From an uncultured Actinomycetes bacterium (GTDB lineage Bacteria > Actinomycetota > Thermoleophilia > UBA2241), in NCBI GenBank assembly GCA_963733255.1, contig CAVTCH010000007.1, positions 84,839 to 148,838 of the forward strand: a stretch of DNA of 64,000 bases, in the 5' to 3' direction. Below the pieces are notes generated by a model. That model was not told where the DNA came from, made no database searches, and was given only the letters and a program-made list of their open reading frames with translations. A program made the position numbers and the translations under genes. This document shows, piece by piece, positions 18,487 through 27,871 of the stretch; the stretch's first letter is position 1; each line of letters opens with the position of its first letter.

Positions 18487-18978
18487 CTAGACCAGCAGCT
18501 CGCAGACGACCACGTCGAGAGGGCGTCCGAACTTGTGTCCGACCTCGCGCAGAACGCCGGCACGAGCGAAGCCCAGCCTGTCTGCGAGCGCGAGCCCGGC
18601 GTCGTTTTCGGCGCAGATCTGGGCGACCACGGCGTGCAGGCCAAGGCGCGGCGCCGCGTCTAAGGCAGCGCCGGCCAGAGCCACGCCGAGGCCGGCGCGG
18701 CGCGCCTCGGGCACGATGTAGATCGAGATCTCGACCGTCTGGTCGTAGCCGCCGCGGGCCGACCACGCCGCGAGCGACGACCAGCCGACGACGAGCCCGT
18801 CGGTCTCGCCAACCAGGCACAGCCGGGTGGTCTCGGCGGACAGCCAGCGGTGCCGCGCGGCGGCCGTCTCGGGCTCGACTTCGAAGGTGGCCGTCGAGGT
18901 CAGCACCGCCTGGTTGTAGATGGCCGCGATGGCGCCGGCGTCGGCGGTCGCGGCCGGGCGGATCGTAACGTCGTTCAA
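18487..18978 (-). CDS. GNAT-family N-acetyltransferase (phosphinothricin-acetyltransferase-like)
   Basis: 'IRPAATADAGAIAAIYNQAV', 'VEISIYIVPEARRAGLGVAL', 'ENDAGLALADRLGFARAGVLREVGHKFGR'. Confidence 0.85.
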   Translation of the reverse strand: MNDVTIRPAATADAGAIAAIYNQAVLTSTATFEVEPETAAARHRWLSAETTRLCLVGETDGLVVGWSSLAAWSARGGYDQTVEISIYIVPEARRAGLGVALAGAALDAAPRLGLHAVVAQICAENDAGLALADRLGFARAGVLREVGHKFGRPLDVVVCELLV

Positions 18979-19183
18979 GGGGGCCTCACCTGCCTCGTCT
19001 GCTCTGCCCGACGCGCACTACTGTAGCAGCGCGCCGACGGCAACGGCGCCCTTACGGCGTCTCGTGTCTGGCGTCGGTAGTAGACTGACTGGCGGGCGCC
19101 GGGGGAACCATCGTTCGACGACCGACGACAAGCGAGGTGAACGATCTTCGAAACGACCGATCGGCGGGCCATGCGAGGCCGTC

Positions 19184-20005
19184 GTGCCTGACGCGCGGCC
19201 GTCGGGTCCCACGCGCGTGACGTTCGTCGGTCAGAGCACGGCCCTGATCGAGATGGACGGCGTGCGCATCCTCACCGACCCCGTGCTGAAACGCTGGACG
19301 GGACCGCTGCGACGCTACGGCGACTTGCCCGAGCCGGCCGTCAGACGCCACATCGACGTGGTGCTGATCTCCCACCTTCACCTCGATCATCTCGACACGC
19401 CGTCGCTCAAGCTGCTGCCCAAGTCGGCCATCCTGATCGGCCCGCCGCACGTCAGCCGCACCGTCAACCGGGTCGGCTTCAAGACGATCGTCGAGACGCG
19501 CCGCGACACGGCTCTGCACTTCGGCGACGTCGAGGTGCTGGCGGTGCATGCCAGCCATACGCGACGGCGCTGGGTCGTCTCGCCGCCGACCGAGCCGCTG
19601 GGTTTCATCGTGCACGGATCGTCGACCATCTACTTCGCCGGCGACACAGGGCTGTTCGACGGTATGGAGGACCTTCACGATCGCATCGACCTCGCTCTGG
19701 TGCCGATCGAGACCTGGGGCGTGCGCCCGCCCGAGGGCCGGCACCTGAGCCCGCGTAGCGCGGCCCACGCCCTCGGCCTGCTGCGGCCGCGCCTCGCGGT
19801 GCCGATCCACTGGGGCACCCTTTACCTGCCGGGCTCGGCGTATGCCGGCAAGCAGGCGACCTACGCCTGGTTCCAGCGCACGCGCAAGCGTCCCGAGGAG
19901 TTCGTCCGGCTGGCCGCCCAAAGCTCTCCCGACGTCGACGTGCGGCTGCTCGAGCCGGGCGAGTCACTGCTGGTCGAGCCGGCGACCGACACCGAGCCGC
20001 AGTGA
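19184..20005 (+). CDS. MBL-fold metallo-hydrolase
   Basis: 'VLISHLHLDHLD' (HxHxDH), 'IYFAGDTGLF', 'AVPIHWGT'. The 5' part of the 361-aa ORF overlaps the GNAT gene, so GTG 19184 (or 19217) is the plausible start. Confidence 0.8.
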   Translation: MPDARPSGPTRVTFVGQSTALIEMDGVRILTDPVLKRWTGPLRRYGDLPEPAVRRHIDVVLISHLHLDHLDTPSLKLLPKSAILIGPPHVSRTVNRVGFKTIVETRRDTALHFGDVEVLAVHASHTRRRWVVSPPTEPLGFIVHGSSTIYFAGDTGLFDGMEDLHDRIDLALVPIETWGVRPPEGRHLSPRSAAHALGLLRPRLAVPIHWGTLYLPGSAYAGKQATYAWFQRTRKRPEEFVRLAAQSSPDVDVRLLEPGESLLVEPATDTEPQ

Positions 20006-20946
20006 CCGCGAGCCCCGCGTCGGGGCACGAAGGCGCCGGCCCCGCGACGCGACCCAAGGGTGCGCGCGCCGTCGCCGTCGCCTACCTGCGCCATGTGACG
20101 ACCGACGATCTGCCCAGGATCGCGGCCGCGCTCACGTATTTCCTGACGCTGTCCGTCGCGCCGGCGCTGATCGTGGTGATCGCGCTGCTGGGTCTCGTCG
20201 GCCTCTCGCCCAGCGGTGTCGCGCGCCTGCTCGAGTCGGCCGCGAACGTCGGCCCGCAGTGGTTCGTGCAGTTCGTCGATGCCGCGTTGCAGAGCGTGCT
20301 GCGCACCGGCGACAACCTCGCGCTGCTGCTGGTCGGCCTCGTCCTGGCTCTGTGGACGGTCTCGGGCTACATCGCCACGTTCCTGTGGGCGGCCGGCAAC
20401 GTCACCGGCGTGCGAGACACGCGCGGCTTCGTCGCCCGGCTGCCGCAACGGCTGGGGCTGTCGCTGGTGCTGCTGGTCGTGATCGACGCGGCGCTCGCGG
20501 CGGTCGTGCTGGTCGGCCCCGTCGCCGCCTGGCTGGGACGGCTGATCGGCCTGGGCGACGCCGCCGTGCACACCTGGTCGGTGCTGCGCCTTCCCTTTCT
20601 GCTCGCGGTCGGCGTGCTGTGGTGCGCGATCCTGTTTTACGCGGCGCCGGCGCCGCGGCGGCCTGGGTTCGTGCACACGCTCATCGGGGCGGCCGTCGCC
20701 GTGGCGGTCATGATCGTCGCCTCGGCCGGGTTCAGCTTCTACCTCTCGCATTTCGCCTCATATCAGCGCGTCTACGGCCTGCTCGGCGCCGCCATCGCGT
20801 CGCTCGTCTGGGCCTGGCTGCTCAACATCGGGTTGCTCATGGGCTTCGAGGTGACCGCCGCGCTCGAGCGCGGCGACCGCGGTCACGCACGCGAGGCGTC
20901 GCCGCCCGGCGCGCGTGCCGCCGCTGGCGGCGGTGATGGGCTCTGA
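20002..20946 (+). CDS. YihY/BrkB-family membrane protein
   Basis: 'AAALTYFLTLSVAPALIVVIALLG', six TM segments, 'YQRVYGLLGAAIASLVWAWLLNIGLLMGFEV'. The GTGA overlap with the preceding stop suggests translational coupling. Confidence 0.85.
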   Translation: MTASPASGHEGAGPATRPKGARAVAVAYLRHVTTDDLPRIAAALTYFLTLSVAPALIVVIALLGLVGLSPSGVARLLESAANVGPQWFVQFVDAALQSVLRTGDNLALLLVGLVLALWTVSGYIATFLWAAGNVTGVRDTRGFVARLPQRLGLSLVLLVVIDAALAAVVLVGPVAAWLGRLIGLGDAAVHTWSVLRLPFLLAVGVLWCAILFYAAPAPRRPGFVHTLIGAAVAVAVMIVASAGFSFYLSHFASYQRVYGLLGAAIASLVWAWLLNIGLLMGFEVTAALERGDRGHAREASPPGARAAAGGGDGL

Positions 20947-21005
20947 CATAGGCTGGCGCCACGGGCGGCAGGGACCCCGCCGGCCAGGCGCGAGAGGGAA
21001 GGGAC

Positions 21006-21692
21006 ATGGGCGAAGGCAACGCGAACGCCGAGTTGGCGGCGCATCTCAGGGAGCATCAGCCGGGCCACGAAGAGAGTCATATGCGCCTCGAGATCCTCGA
21101 GATCCTCGAAGCCGTGCTGCTGGCGATCGTGGCCCTCTCGACTGCGCTCAGCGGCTATCAGGCGGCCAGGTGGGACGGCGTCAGCGCCAGGGACTACGCC
21201 ACGTCGTCGCGGCTGCGCGTGCAGTCCGAGCAGACGTACCTGGCGAGCAATCAGACGATCATCTACAACTCGGGCACGCTCAACGCGTGGCTGCAGGCCG
21301 ACACCTCGGGCGACAAGAAGCTCGCCGCGATCATGGCCCGGCGCTTCACGCCCAACTACGAGGTCGCCTTCAGGGCCTGGCTGAAGACCGACCCGCTGAA
21401 CAACGCGGCGGCGCCGCCGGGGCCGCGCTACATGCCGCAGTACAAAGACCCGCTCGCCGCGAAGGCCGCGGCGCTGGGCGTGCAAGGGACACTGCACTAC
21501 AACTCCGGCATCGCCGATCGCGACACCGCCGACAAGTACGTGCGCCTCACGGTGATCCTGGCCGCCGTGCTCTTTCTCGTGGCCGTCGGGCAGCGTTTCA
21601 AGATCCGCCGGGTGCGTCTGGCCGTGCTCGGCCTCGCCGGCGTCTTTCTGGCCTACTCGGTGGTGCTGATCGCCATCTATCCGAGGGCGTGA
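21006..21692 (+). CDS. hypothetical membrane protein (one TM near the N-terminus, two at the C-terminus)
   Basis: 228 aa with good third-position GC. 'LEAVLLAIVALSTALSGYQAARW' and 'LTVILAAVLFLVAVGQRF...LAVLGLAGVFLAYSVVLIAIY'. No catalytic motif. Confidence 0.55.
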   Translation: MGEGNANAELAAHLREHQPGHEESHMRLEILEILEAVLLAIVALSTALSGYQAARWDGVSARDYATSSRLRVQSEQTYLASNQTIIYNSGTLNAWLQADTSGDKKLAAIMARRFTPNYEVAFRAWLKTDPLNNAAAPPGPRYMPQYKDPLAAKAAALGVQGTLHYNSGIADRDTADKYVRLTVILAAVLFLVAVGQRFKIRRVRLAVLGLAGVFLAYSVVLIAIYPRA

Positions 21693-21778
21693 TTCGACGG
21701 CGTAGCGGTGCGGCGCATCGGTTGCCCGGCGCGCCACGACGGGAAGAAGCGTTCGCAGGGCTCGTTAGGAGGAGACCG

Positions 21779-22363
21779 ATGGCAGAGGGAGACGGCAGGC
21801 GGGGCGCTTCCGACCGGCCGCGGATCGGGGTGATCAGCGACACGCACGGCTACCTCGACCCGCGAGTGCCGAAGCTGTTCAGGGGCGTGACCCATATCAT
21901 CCACGCCGGCGACGTCGTCGACCCGGCGATCCTCGGCGCGCTCGAGGCGGTCGCGCCGCTCACCGCGGTGTCCGGCAACGTCGACGGCGACGAGCTGGCG
22001 GCGTCCCTGCCGAGCGAGGTGACGGGCGAGATCGCCGGCGTCCACTTCGTGGTCGGCCACAAACGCAAGCGGCTCATGAAGCGCCTCGCCGCCGGACGCT
22101 ACGCGGTGGGTCCCGACGGGGCGCCTCCCGATCTGGTCGTGTTCGGGCACGATCACGTGCCGGCGGCCGCCTGGATCGACGGCACGCTGTTTCTGAATCC
22201 GGGGACGGCCAGCTCCCCCGACGAGGAAGACGACGGTCCCACCGTCGCCATCGTGGAGGTCGTGCCGACGGGCCTGTCGGTGCGTTTCATTCCGCTCGAA
22301 CGCTCGTCACAGGCTCACCGCCGCCGCCGCGCGCGGCCGCCTGCCGAGGAGCGCAAGGGGTAG
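21779..22363 (+). CDS. YfcE/MJ0936-type metallophosphoesterase
   Basis: ATG 21779 after AGGAGGAG. 'IGVISDTHG', 'IIHAGD', 'GNVD', 'VVFGHDHVP', 'LFLNPGT'. Confidence 0.85.
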   Translation: MAEGDGRRGASDRPRIGVISDTHGYLDPRVPKLFRGVTHIIHAGDVVDPAILGALEAVAPLTAVSGNVDGDELAASLPSEVTGEIAGVHFVVGHKRKRLMKRLAAGRYAVGPDGAPPDLVVFGHDHVPAAAWIDGTLFLNPGTASSPDEEDDGPTVAIVEVVPTGLSVRFIPLERSSQAHRRRRARPPAEERKG

Positions 22364-22399
22364 GGGCGCGACCGGGGCGGATGCCCCGGCTCAGGCGGC

Positions 22400-22720
22400 T
22401 CAGGCCGCCTCGCGCGACGTCGAGCAATACGAGCACGGGCAGCCGGCGGCGTGCCGCCAGCCGTACTCGATGCCGACCGAGATGCGCGAACGCTCGGATT
22501 CGTCGGCGGCCTGGGTCGACGCCACACCGACGTCGATCGGTGTCGGCGCCTCAGGCCGGCGGACGTCGAAGAGCCGCCCGCCGACGTACAGCAGATGGTC
22601 GCCGAACTTTCGGTAGACCGCCGGCCGCCCCGCCGCGAGCACCTCTTCGAAGGTCAACCGCCTGCGCCCCGCCGTGGCCATGACGGCCAAGGTATGCGGG
22701 ACCTGGTGATCGTCGCTCAC
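22400..22720 (-). CDS. hypothetical small protein (106 aa)
   Basis: GTG 22720 lies 5 nt after GGGAGG. Coding-like codon bias. C-terminal 'GCPCSYC'. No recognisable family. Confidence 0.5.
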   Translation of the reverse strand: MSDDHQVPHTLAVMATAGRRRLTFEEVLAAGRPAVYRKFGDHLLYVGGRLFDVRRPEAPTPIDVGVASTQAADESERSRISVGIEYGWRHAAGCPCSYCSTSREAA

Positions 22721-22953
22721 GCCAGCCTCCCTGCGAATCGCTGCCCGGTGTCACGGGGCGGGCCGACGACAGGAGGTCACCGAAGGACGACCCGCCCCAA
22801 CGGCGTACATGCCCAACGACGGCCGAACCCTATCGCCGTTCAGGCGGCTTTGTTCGGACTTGAGCCGGCCGTTCTCAGGGTTCTCACAGGCTGGTGCCAG
22901 CAGAAGCTCAGACAGGCCTCATAGACTCGGCGTCACCTTCTGCAAGGAGCCAC

Positions 22954-23712
22954 ATGAGCCCACCAGAGCCGATGTCCGAAGGCGCCGCCACTCCGGCTGC
23001 CCCCACCACCCCTCGCGACGACCTCATCCTGGCCGCCAGCGGCATCGAGCGCACCTACGGCCAGGGCGAGATCGCCGTGCCCGTCCTGAAGGGCTTGGAC
23101 CTGCACGTGCGCCGCGGCGAGTGGGTGGCCTGCACCGGCCGCTCGGGCTCGGGCAAGAGCACCCTGCTGCACGTCCTGGGTCTCCTGGACAGCGCCGACT
23201 CAGGCTCCTACCTGCTGGCCGGCCACGACGTCTCGGCCTTAGACGACTCCCAGCGCGCCCGACTGCGCAACGAGCTCTTAGGCTTCGTCTTTCAGCTCCA
23301 CAACCTGCTGGCCCGCACCTCGGCCCTAGAGAACGTGGCCACCCCCCTGATCTATCGCGGCGTGCGGCGTGCCGAGCGCTTGCAGCGCGCCCGGGCGGCC
23401 CTGGAGGCAGTCGATCTGGCCGACCGCGCCCACCACGACCCAAGCCAGCTCTCCGGCGGCCAGATGCAGCGCGTGGCCATCGCCCGGGCGCTGGTCGGCG
23501 ACCCCGAGCTGCTGCTGGTCGACGAACCCACCGGCAGCCTCGACCTGAAGGCCACCAACGAGGTCTTAGAGCTGCTCGACCGCCTGCACGGCGAGGGCCG
23601 CACCATCGTCATGATCACCCACGAGCAAGACGTCGCCGCCCACGCCGACAGACGGTTGGTGTTGAGCGGCGGCAAGCTGCACGACGAACACGCGACGGAA
23701 GGATGGCAATGA
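22954..23712 (+). CDS. ABC transporter ATP-binding protein, MacB/LolD type
   Basis: Walker A 'GRSGSGKST', 'FVFQLHNLL', signature '[15 protein letters not shown]', Walker B 'LLLVDEPTGSLD'. ATG 22954 after AAGGAG. Confidence 0.9.
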   Translation: MSPPEPMSEGAATPAAPTTPRDDLILAASGIERTYGQGEIAVPVLKGLDLHVRRGEWVACTGRSGSGKSTLLHVLGLLDSADSGSYLLAGHDVSALDDSQRARLRNELLGFVFQLHNLLARTSALENVATPLIYRGVRRAERLQRARAALEAVDLADRAHHDPSQLSGGQMQRVAIARALVGDPELLLVDEPTGSLDLKATNEVLELLDRLHGEGRTIVMITHEQDVAAHADRRLVLSGGKLHDEHATEGWQ

Positions 23713-24710
23713 CGTTTCTCAGCTTGCGACCATCGGGGCGCCGGGCCGCCGCTCTTGGCGCCTGTCTGACCCTGGCCGCCGGGACGGCCACGCTCGTGGC
23801 GGGCTGCGGGAGCTCCGGCAAGGCCGCCACGGCGACCACCGGGCGCTCCGTGCAGGTCCTGGTGACGGTCCAGCGCGGCGATCTCGTCAACAGCGTGACG
23901 GGCCGTGTGCAGCTTCCTTCGACGAAGAGCAGGGTCAACGTCAGGGCGACCGTCCAGATGTTCGGGCAGAACGTCTCGCAGGTCGCGGCCGGTCAGTCCG
24001 TCACGGTGTCGTTCATCAAGCTGCCGGCCGGCGCCGGCCGCTTCTTCGGACAGGGCTCTCCGCGACCCAGCGCCGCGCCCTCCGCCGGCAGCGGCGGCCA
24101 GGGCTACTCCGGCACGGGCGGCGGTTCGAGCGGCGGTCAGGGCTACTTTGGTTCCGGCGGTGGTTCGGGCAGCGCCACGGGCGGCGGCCAGGGCTTCTTC
24201 GGCTCAGGCGGCGGTCAGGGCGCGTTTCGCGGCAAGACCGCACAAGGGACCGTGACCGCGGTGCAGGCGGGCAGCTCATCGTCCACGGTCACGGCGACGA
24301 TCACCATCGCGAAGCTGCCGGCGGGCGTCACCGCCAAGTACACGGGCATCGCCCAGATCCAGGTCAAGGTGCTGGCCAGCAACGTGCTCATCATCCCCAC
24401 GGCGGCCATCAAGGGCAGCGGCGCCAACGCCACCGTCCAGCTGCTCGTCAACGGCAAGACTTCTACGGAGAGCGTCGTCGTCGGCCAGCAGACCCAGACC
24501 GAGTCCGAGATCACGTCGGGCCTGAGCGCGGGCCAGAACGTCGTCTACACGCGCACCTTCACGGGCCGCTTTCCCGGTTCGGGCACGAATGGCCGGCCGA
24601 GCGGGCAGGGGTCCTTCCAGAACGGCGGACAGTCGAGCGGACAGGGGTCCTTCCCGGGCGGCGGACAGCCGAGCGGCGCTCCGCCCGGCGGCGGCACGAG
24701 CGGCACATGA
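23703..24710 (+). CDS. HlyD/MacA-like periplasmic adaptor lipoprotein with Gly-rich inserts
   Basis: Lipobox 'LVAGCGSS'. Beta-barrel-like segments 'VNVRATVQMFGQNVSQVAAGQSVTVSF' and 'GIAQIQVKVLASNVLIIPTAAI...VVVGQQTQTESEITSGLSAGQNVV'. The start overlaps the upstream stop (ATGA at 23709). Confidence 0.7.
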   Translation: MAMTFLSLRPSGRRAAALGACLTLAAGTATLVAGCGSSGKAATATTGRSVQVLVTVQRGDLVNSVTGRVQLPSTKSRVNVRATVQMFGQNVSQVAAGQSVTVSFIKLPAGAGRFFGQGSPRPSAAPSAGSGGQGYSGTGGGSSGGQGYFGSGGGSGSATGGGQGFFGSGGGQGAFRGKTAQGTVTAVQAGSSSSTVTATITIAKLPAGVTAKYTGIAQIQVKVLASNVLIIPTAAIKGSGANATVQLLVNGKTSTESVVVGQQTQTESEITSGLSAGQNVVYTRTFTGRFPGSGTNGRPSGQGSFQNGGQSSGQGSFPGGGQPSGAPPGGGTSGT

Positions 24711-24771
24711 GCGGCGTCGAAAGACGGCATCGGGCGCGGTCGCCTGAGCGACACGAAGGAGTCGAAGACCA

Positions 24772-26646
24772 ATGAGAAAGAAACGTCGCTGGTGGCTGAT
24801 CGTCCTGATCGTGGTGGTCGTCGTCGCGGCCGCGACCACGGCCGCCTTGCTTCTGCTCGACCGCAACAAGTCGACGGGAGTCCACTACCTGACATCCACC
24901 GCGACCACGCGGACCATCGCCCAGACGGTGCAGGCCGACTTCACGCTGGCCAGTGCCCGTGACTCCATGACGATCTCGCTCAGCGGCACCGGCAGCGCGT
25001 CGAGCAGCTCGAACAGTTCCGCGGCGGCCACGACCACGAGCGCCACGACCGCGCGCGGCGCGGTCACCACGGTCAGCGACGTCGCCGGCGCGTCTTCTGC
25101 CGCGCACAAGGCGACAGCCGCCGGCGCCGGCGCCGGCGCCGTCGGCAAGGCGATCACGACCGCCGGCGCCATCGTCACCGCGAGAGCGATCACGGTCGCC
25201 GGCACATCGCCATCGGCATCGACGCCGGAGCCGACACCCACGGCGACACCGAGCCCTGCGTTCACGAGCTTCGCGCCGACCTCGGGTCCCGTCGGCGCCA
25301 GAGTGACCCTGACGGGCAGCGGCCTCACCAGCACCACGACCGTCAGCTTCAGCGGCAGGGCGGCGACCTTCAAGGTCGTGAGCGACACGCAGGTCACGGC
25401 CACGGTGCCCGCCGGCGCCGTCAGCGGGCCGATCACCGTCACGACCGCCGGTGGCGCGGCTACGAGCACCGGGCGCTTCACGGTCACGCGCAAGTCGAGC
25501 CCTACGCCCACGCCGAGCCCCTCGCGAAGCGGGCGCGCCGGCGGGGGCGGCACGAGCGGCGGCAGCTCGTACGGCAGCAGGAGCAGCACGGGCACGACCG
25601 CGAGTACCAGCGGTTCGACCACGTCGAGCGCCAGCTCGTCTGCCTCGAGCGGCACGAGCGGTGTGGTGACCGGCATCGCCCTGGCCGCCGGCAGGACGCC
25701 GCGCACGCTCGAGCACCTGCTCACCATCTCGGGCAAGCCCATCTACGCCTTCGTGAGCCCCACGCCGCTGTACACGACCCTTTCCACCAGTCTCTCCACG
25801 GGCGCCCAGAGGTCCAACGTGGCGGCGCTGCAACACGCACTCAAAGACGACGGCTACTTCAGCGGCACCATCAACGGCGACTTCGGCACGACCACCAAGA
25901 CCGCGCTCGAAGACTGGCAAAGCGCCCACGGCCTGACCAAGACGGGCGAGATCACCACCTCGCAGTTCGTCTGGGTACCCAAGGGCGCGACCCTCGCGTC
26001 GTGGAACGTGAACCTCGGCGGCAGCGTCGGCAGCACGACCGCGCTGGCCACCATCGACTACCCCCGCGAGCTCATCGCCGAGGCGCTCGTGACGCAGGCC
26101 GACATCTCGTCGCTGAAGGTCGGCCAGAAGGCCACGCTGACGATCGACGGCGAGACCAGCGATCCCTTCACGGGCACCATCACCTCGATCGCCAGCGAGC
26201 CCGCCTCGTCAGGCTCGTCGGGAGGCTCGTCGAGCACCGTCGAGTACACGGTCGACGTTGTCCCTCGAAGCCTGCCGGCGCTCGCCAGGTCGGGCATGAC
26301 CGGTTCGCTCACGGTCACGATCGCCAGCCGCAGCAACGTTCTGGCGGTGCCGACGAGCGCGGTGAGCAGCAGCTCCTCGACGTCGTTCGTGCGCGTGATG
26401 ATGAACGGCACACCCACCTATCGCCAGGTCACCACCGGTCTTGCGACCTCGTCGCTCACGCAGATCACGAGCGGGCTCGCCGTCGGCGAGACGGTCGTCA
26501 CCGGCACCTACACCAACTCGGCGACGAGCACCAGCACGAGCAACGGCTTCGGCGGCTTCGGCGGGTTCAGCGGCGGTGGTGGTGGCTTCGTCCGGCGCTC
26601 GAGCAGCGGCTCGACCACGGGCGGGTCGGGCGGCGGCGGTCAATGA
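24772..26646 (+). CDS. membrane-anchored adaptor protein: IPT/TIG domain + peptidoglycan-binding domain + HlyD-like barrel
   Basis: N-terminal TM. IPT/TIG 'PAFTSFAPTSGPVGARVTLTGSGL...VSGPITVTTAGG'. PG_binding_1-like 'VAALQHALKDDGYFSGTINGDFGTTTKTALEDWQSAHGL'. HlyD-like 'ISSLKVGQKATLTIDG...GMTGSLTVTIASRSNVLAVPTSAV'. Confidence 0.8.
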   Translation: MRKKRRWWLIVLIVVVVVAAATTAALLLLDRNKSTGVHYLTSTATTRTIAQTVQADFTLASARDSMTISLSGTGSASSSSNSSAAATTTSATTARGAVTTVSDVAGASSAAHKATAAGAGAGAVGKAITTAGAIVTARAITVAGTSPSASTPEPTPTATPSPAFTSFAPTSGPVGARVTLTGSGLTSTTTVSFSGRAATFKVVSDTQVTATVPAGAVSGPITVTTAGGAATSTGRFTVTRKSSPTPTPSPSRSGRAGGGGTSGGSSYGSRSSTGTTASTSGSTTSSASSSASSGTSGVVTGIALAAGRTPRTLEHLLTISGKPIYAFVSPTPLYTTLSTSLSTGAQRSNVAALQHALKDDGYFSGTINGDFGTTTKTALEDWQSAHGLTKTGEITTSQFVWVPKGATLASWNVNLGGSVGSTTALATIDYPRELIAEALVTQADISSLKVGQKATLTIDGETSDPFTGTITSIASEPASSGSSGGSSSTVEYTVDVVPRSLPALARSGMTGSLTVTIASRSNVLAVPTSAVSSSSSTSFVRVMMNGTPTYRQVTTGLATSSLTQITSGLAVGETVVTGTYTNSATSTSTSNGFGGFGGFSGGGGGFVRRSSSGSTTGGSGGGGQ

Positions 26647-27836
26647 CGGTCTTCCTCGAGTCGCTGCGTCTGGCGTTCTCGAGCCTGCGCGCCAACCCGC
26701 TGCGCGCCGTGCTGACCATCCTGGGGATCGTCATCGGCGTGGCCGCCGTGGTCGCGCTCACCTCTATCGGCAGCGGCTCGACGCGCGCGGTCGAGAACCG
26801 CTTCAACGCCTTCGGCACCGACACGATCACAGTCCAGACCAGTCAGTTCTCGTCCAACGCGACAGCCATATCGGCGAGCGACGTCGCCGCCATCGACGAC
26901 ACTCCGGGAGTTAAAGCGACCGTCACCTCCGTGAACACCAACGCCACCGTGACGCTCGGCACGACCAGCGCTACCGAGACGATCAGCGGCACCTCACCGC
27001 AGATCGTGGCGATCGACCACCTCACGATCGAAGCCGGCACGTTCTTCAGCGCCTTCGACGAAAGCCATGCCCTGCCGGTCGCGGTGCTGGGCAACACGGT
27101 GGCCAGTGACCTCGATCTCTCGCCCCTGCGCGCCGTAGGCCAGACGATCGACGTCGGCGGCGTGCAGTTCGAGGTGATCGGCGTGCTGGCCGCCCAGGGC
27201 GGTGTCGGGTTCGCGTCGGTCGACTCGAGCGTGCTGGTGCCGCTGGGCTCGATCGAAGGCCGCCTGGTCGCCTTCCGGCCGAGCATCTCGCAGGTCCGCG
27301 TGCAGGCCGAGCCGGCCGCCGTGAAGACCTTTCAGGCGGCCGTCGAAAGCACGCTGCGCACACAGCACGACCTGACCAGCAGCGAGCAGGACGACTTTCA
27401 GATCGTGAACGCCAGCTCGATCGCCTCGGCGGTCTCGTCGTCGACGAAGACCCTGACCCGGCTGATGGCCGCCATCGCCGCGATCAGCCTGGTCGTGGGC
27501 GGCATCGGCGTCGCCAACGTCATGCTCGTGACCGTGCGTGAGCGCACCCGCGAGATCGGCGTACGGCGCGCCGTGGGCGCGACCCGGCGCAACATCGTCG
27601 TGCAGTTCCTCGTGTACGCCGTCATCACCAGCATCATCGGCGGCATCCTGGGCCTGGCCGTGGGTATCGCCGGCGCCTATATCGGGGGCTCGGCCCTGAG
27701 CGTCTCGCCGGTGTTCTCGGTAGCCACGGTCAGCCTGGCGCTGGTGGTGGCCGCGGCCGTGGGCATCCTGGCCGGCATCGGTCCGGCCGTGCAGGCCGCC
27801 TCGGTGGAGCCCACGGACGCACTGCGCTACGAGTGA
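26643..27836 (+). CDS. MacB-type ABC permease (FtsX-like, with extracytoplasmic MacB_PCD)
   Basis: ATGA overlap with the upstream stop. 'LRANPLRAVLTILGIVIGVAAVV', 'GGIGVANVMLVTVRERTREIGVRRAVGA'. Confidence 0.9.
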   Translation: MTVFLESLRLAFSSLRANPLRAVLTILGIVIGVAAVVALTSIGSGSTRAVENRFNAFGTDTITVQTSQFSSNATAISASDVAAIDDTPGVKATVTSVNTNATVTLGTTSATETISGTSPQIVAIDHLTIEAGTFFSAFDESHALPVAVLGNTVASDLDLSPLRAVGQTIDVGGVQFEVIGVLAAQGGVGFASVDSSVLVPLGSIEGRLVAFRPSISQVRVQAEPAAVKTFQAAVESTLRTQHDLTSSEQDDFQIVNASSIASAVSSSTKTLTRLMAAIAAISLVVGGIGVANVMLVTVRERTREIGVRRAVGATRRNIVVQFLVYAVITSIIGGILGLAVGIAGAYIGGSALSVSPVFSVATVSLALVVAAAVGILAGIGPAVQAASVEPTDALRYE

Positions 27837-27847
27837 CCGGGTAACGG

Positions 27848-27868
27848 GCGCGGCGAGCCTCGCCGCGC
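27848..27868. terminator. hairpin between convergent genes (9-bp GC stem, 3-nt loop)
   Basis: 'gcgcggcga-gcc-tcgccgcgc' lies between the stop at 27836 (+) and the stop at 27872 (-). There is no U-tract. Confidence 0.4.
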
Positions 27869-27871
27869 TGC

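Noticed and set aside
20915-21778. The upstream 288 codons of the 482-aa ORF 20915..22363.
   Set aside because: This part is out of frame with and overlapping the well-formed membrane-protein gene 21006..21692. The metallophosphoesterase homology begins only at ATG 21779, which has an AGGAGGAG RBS.
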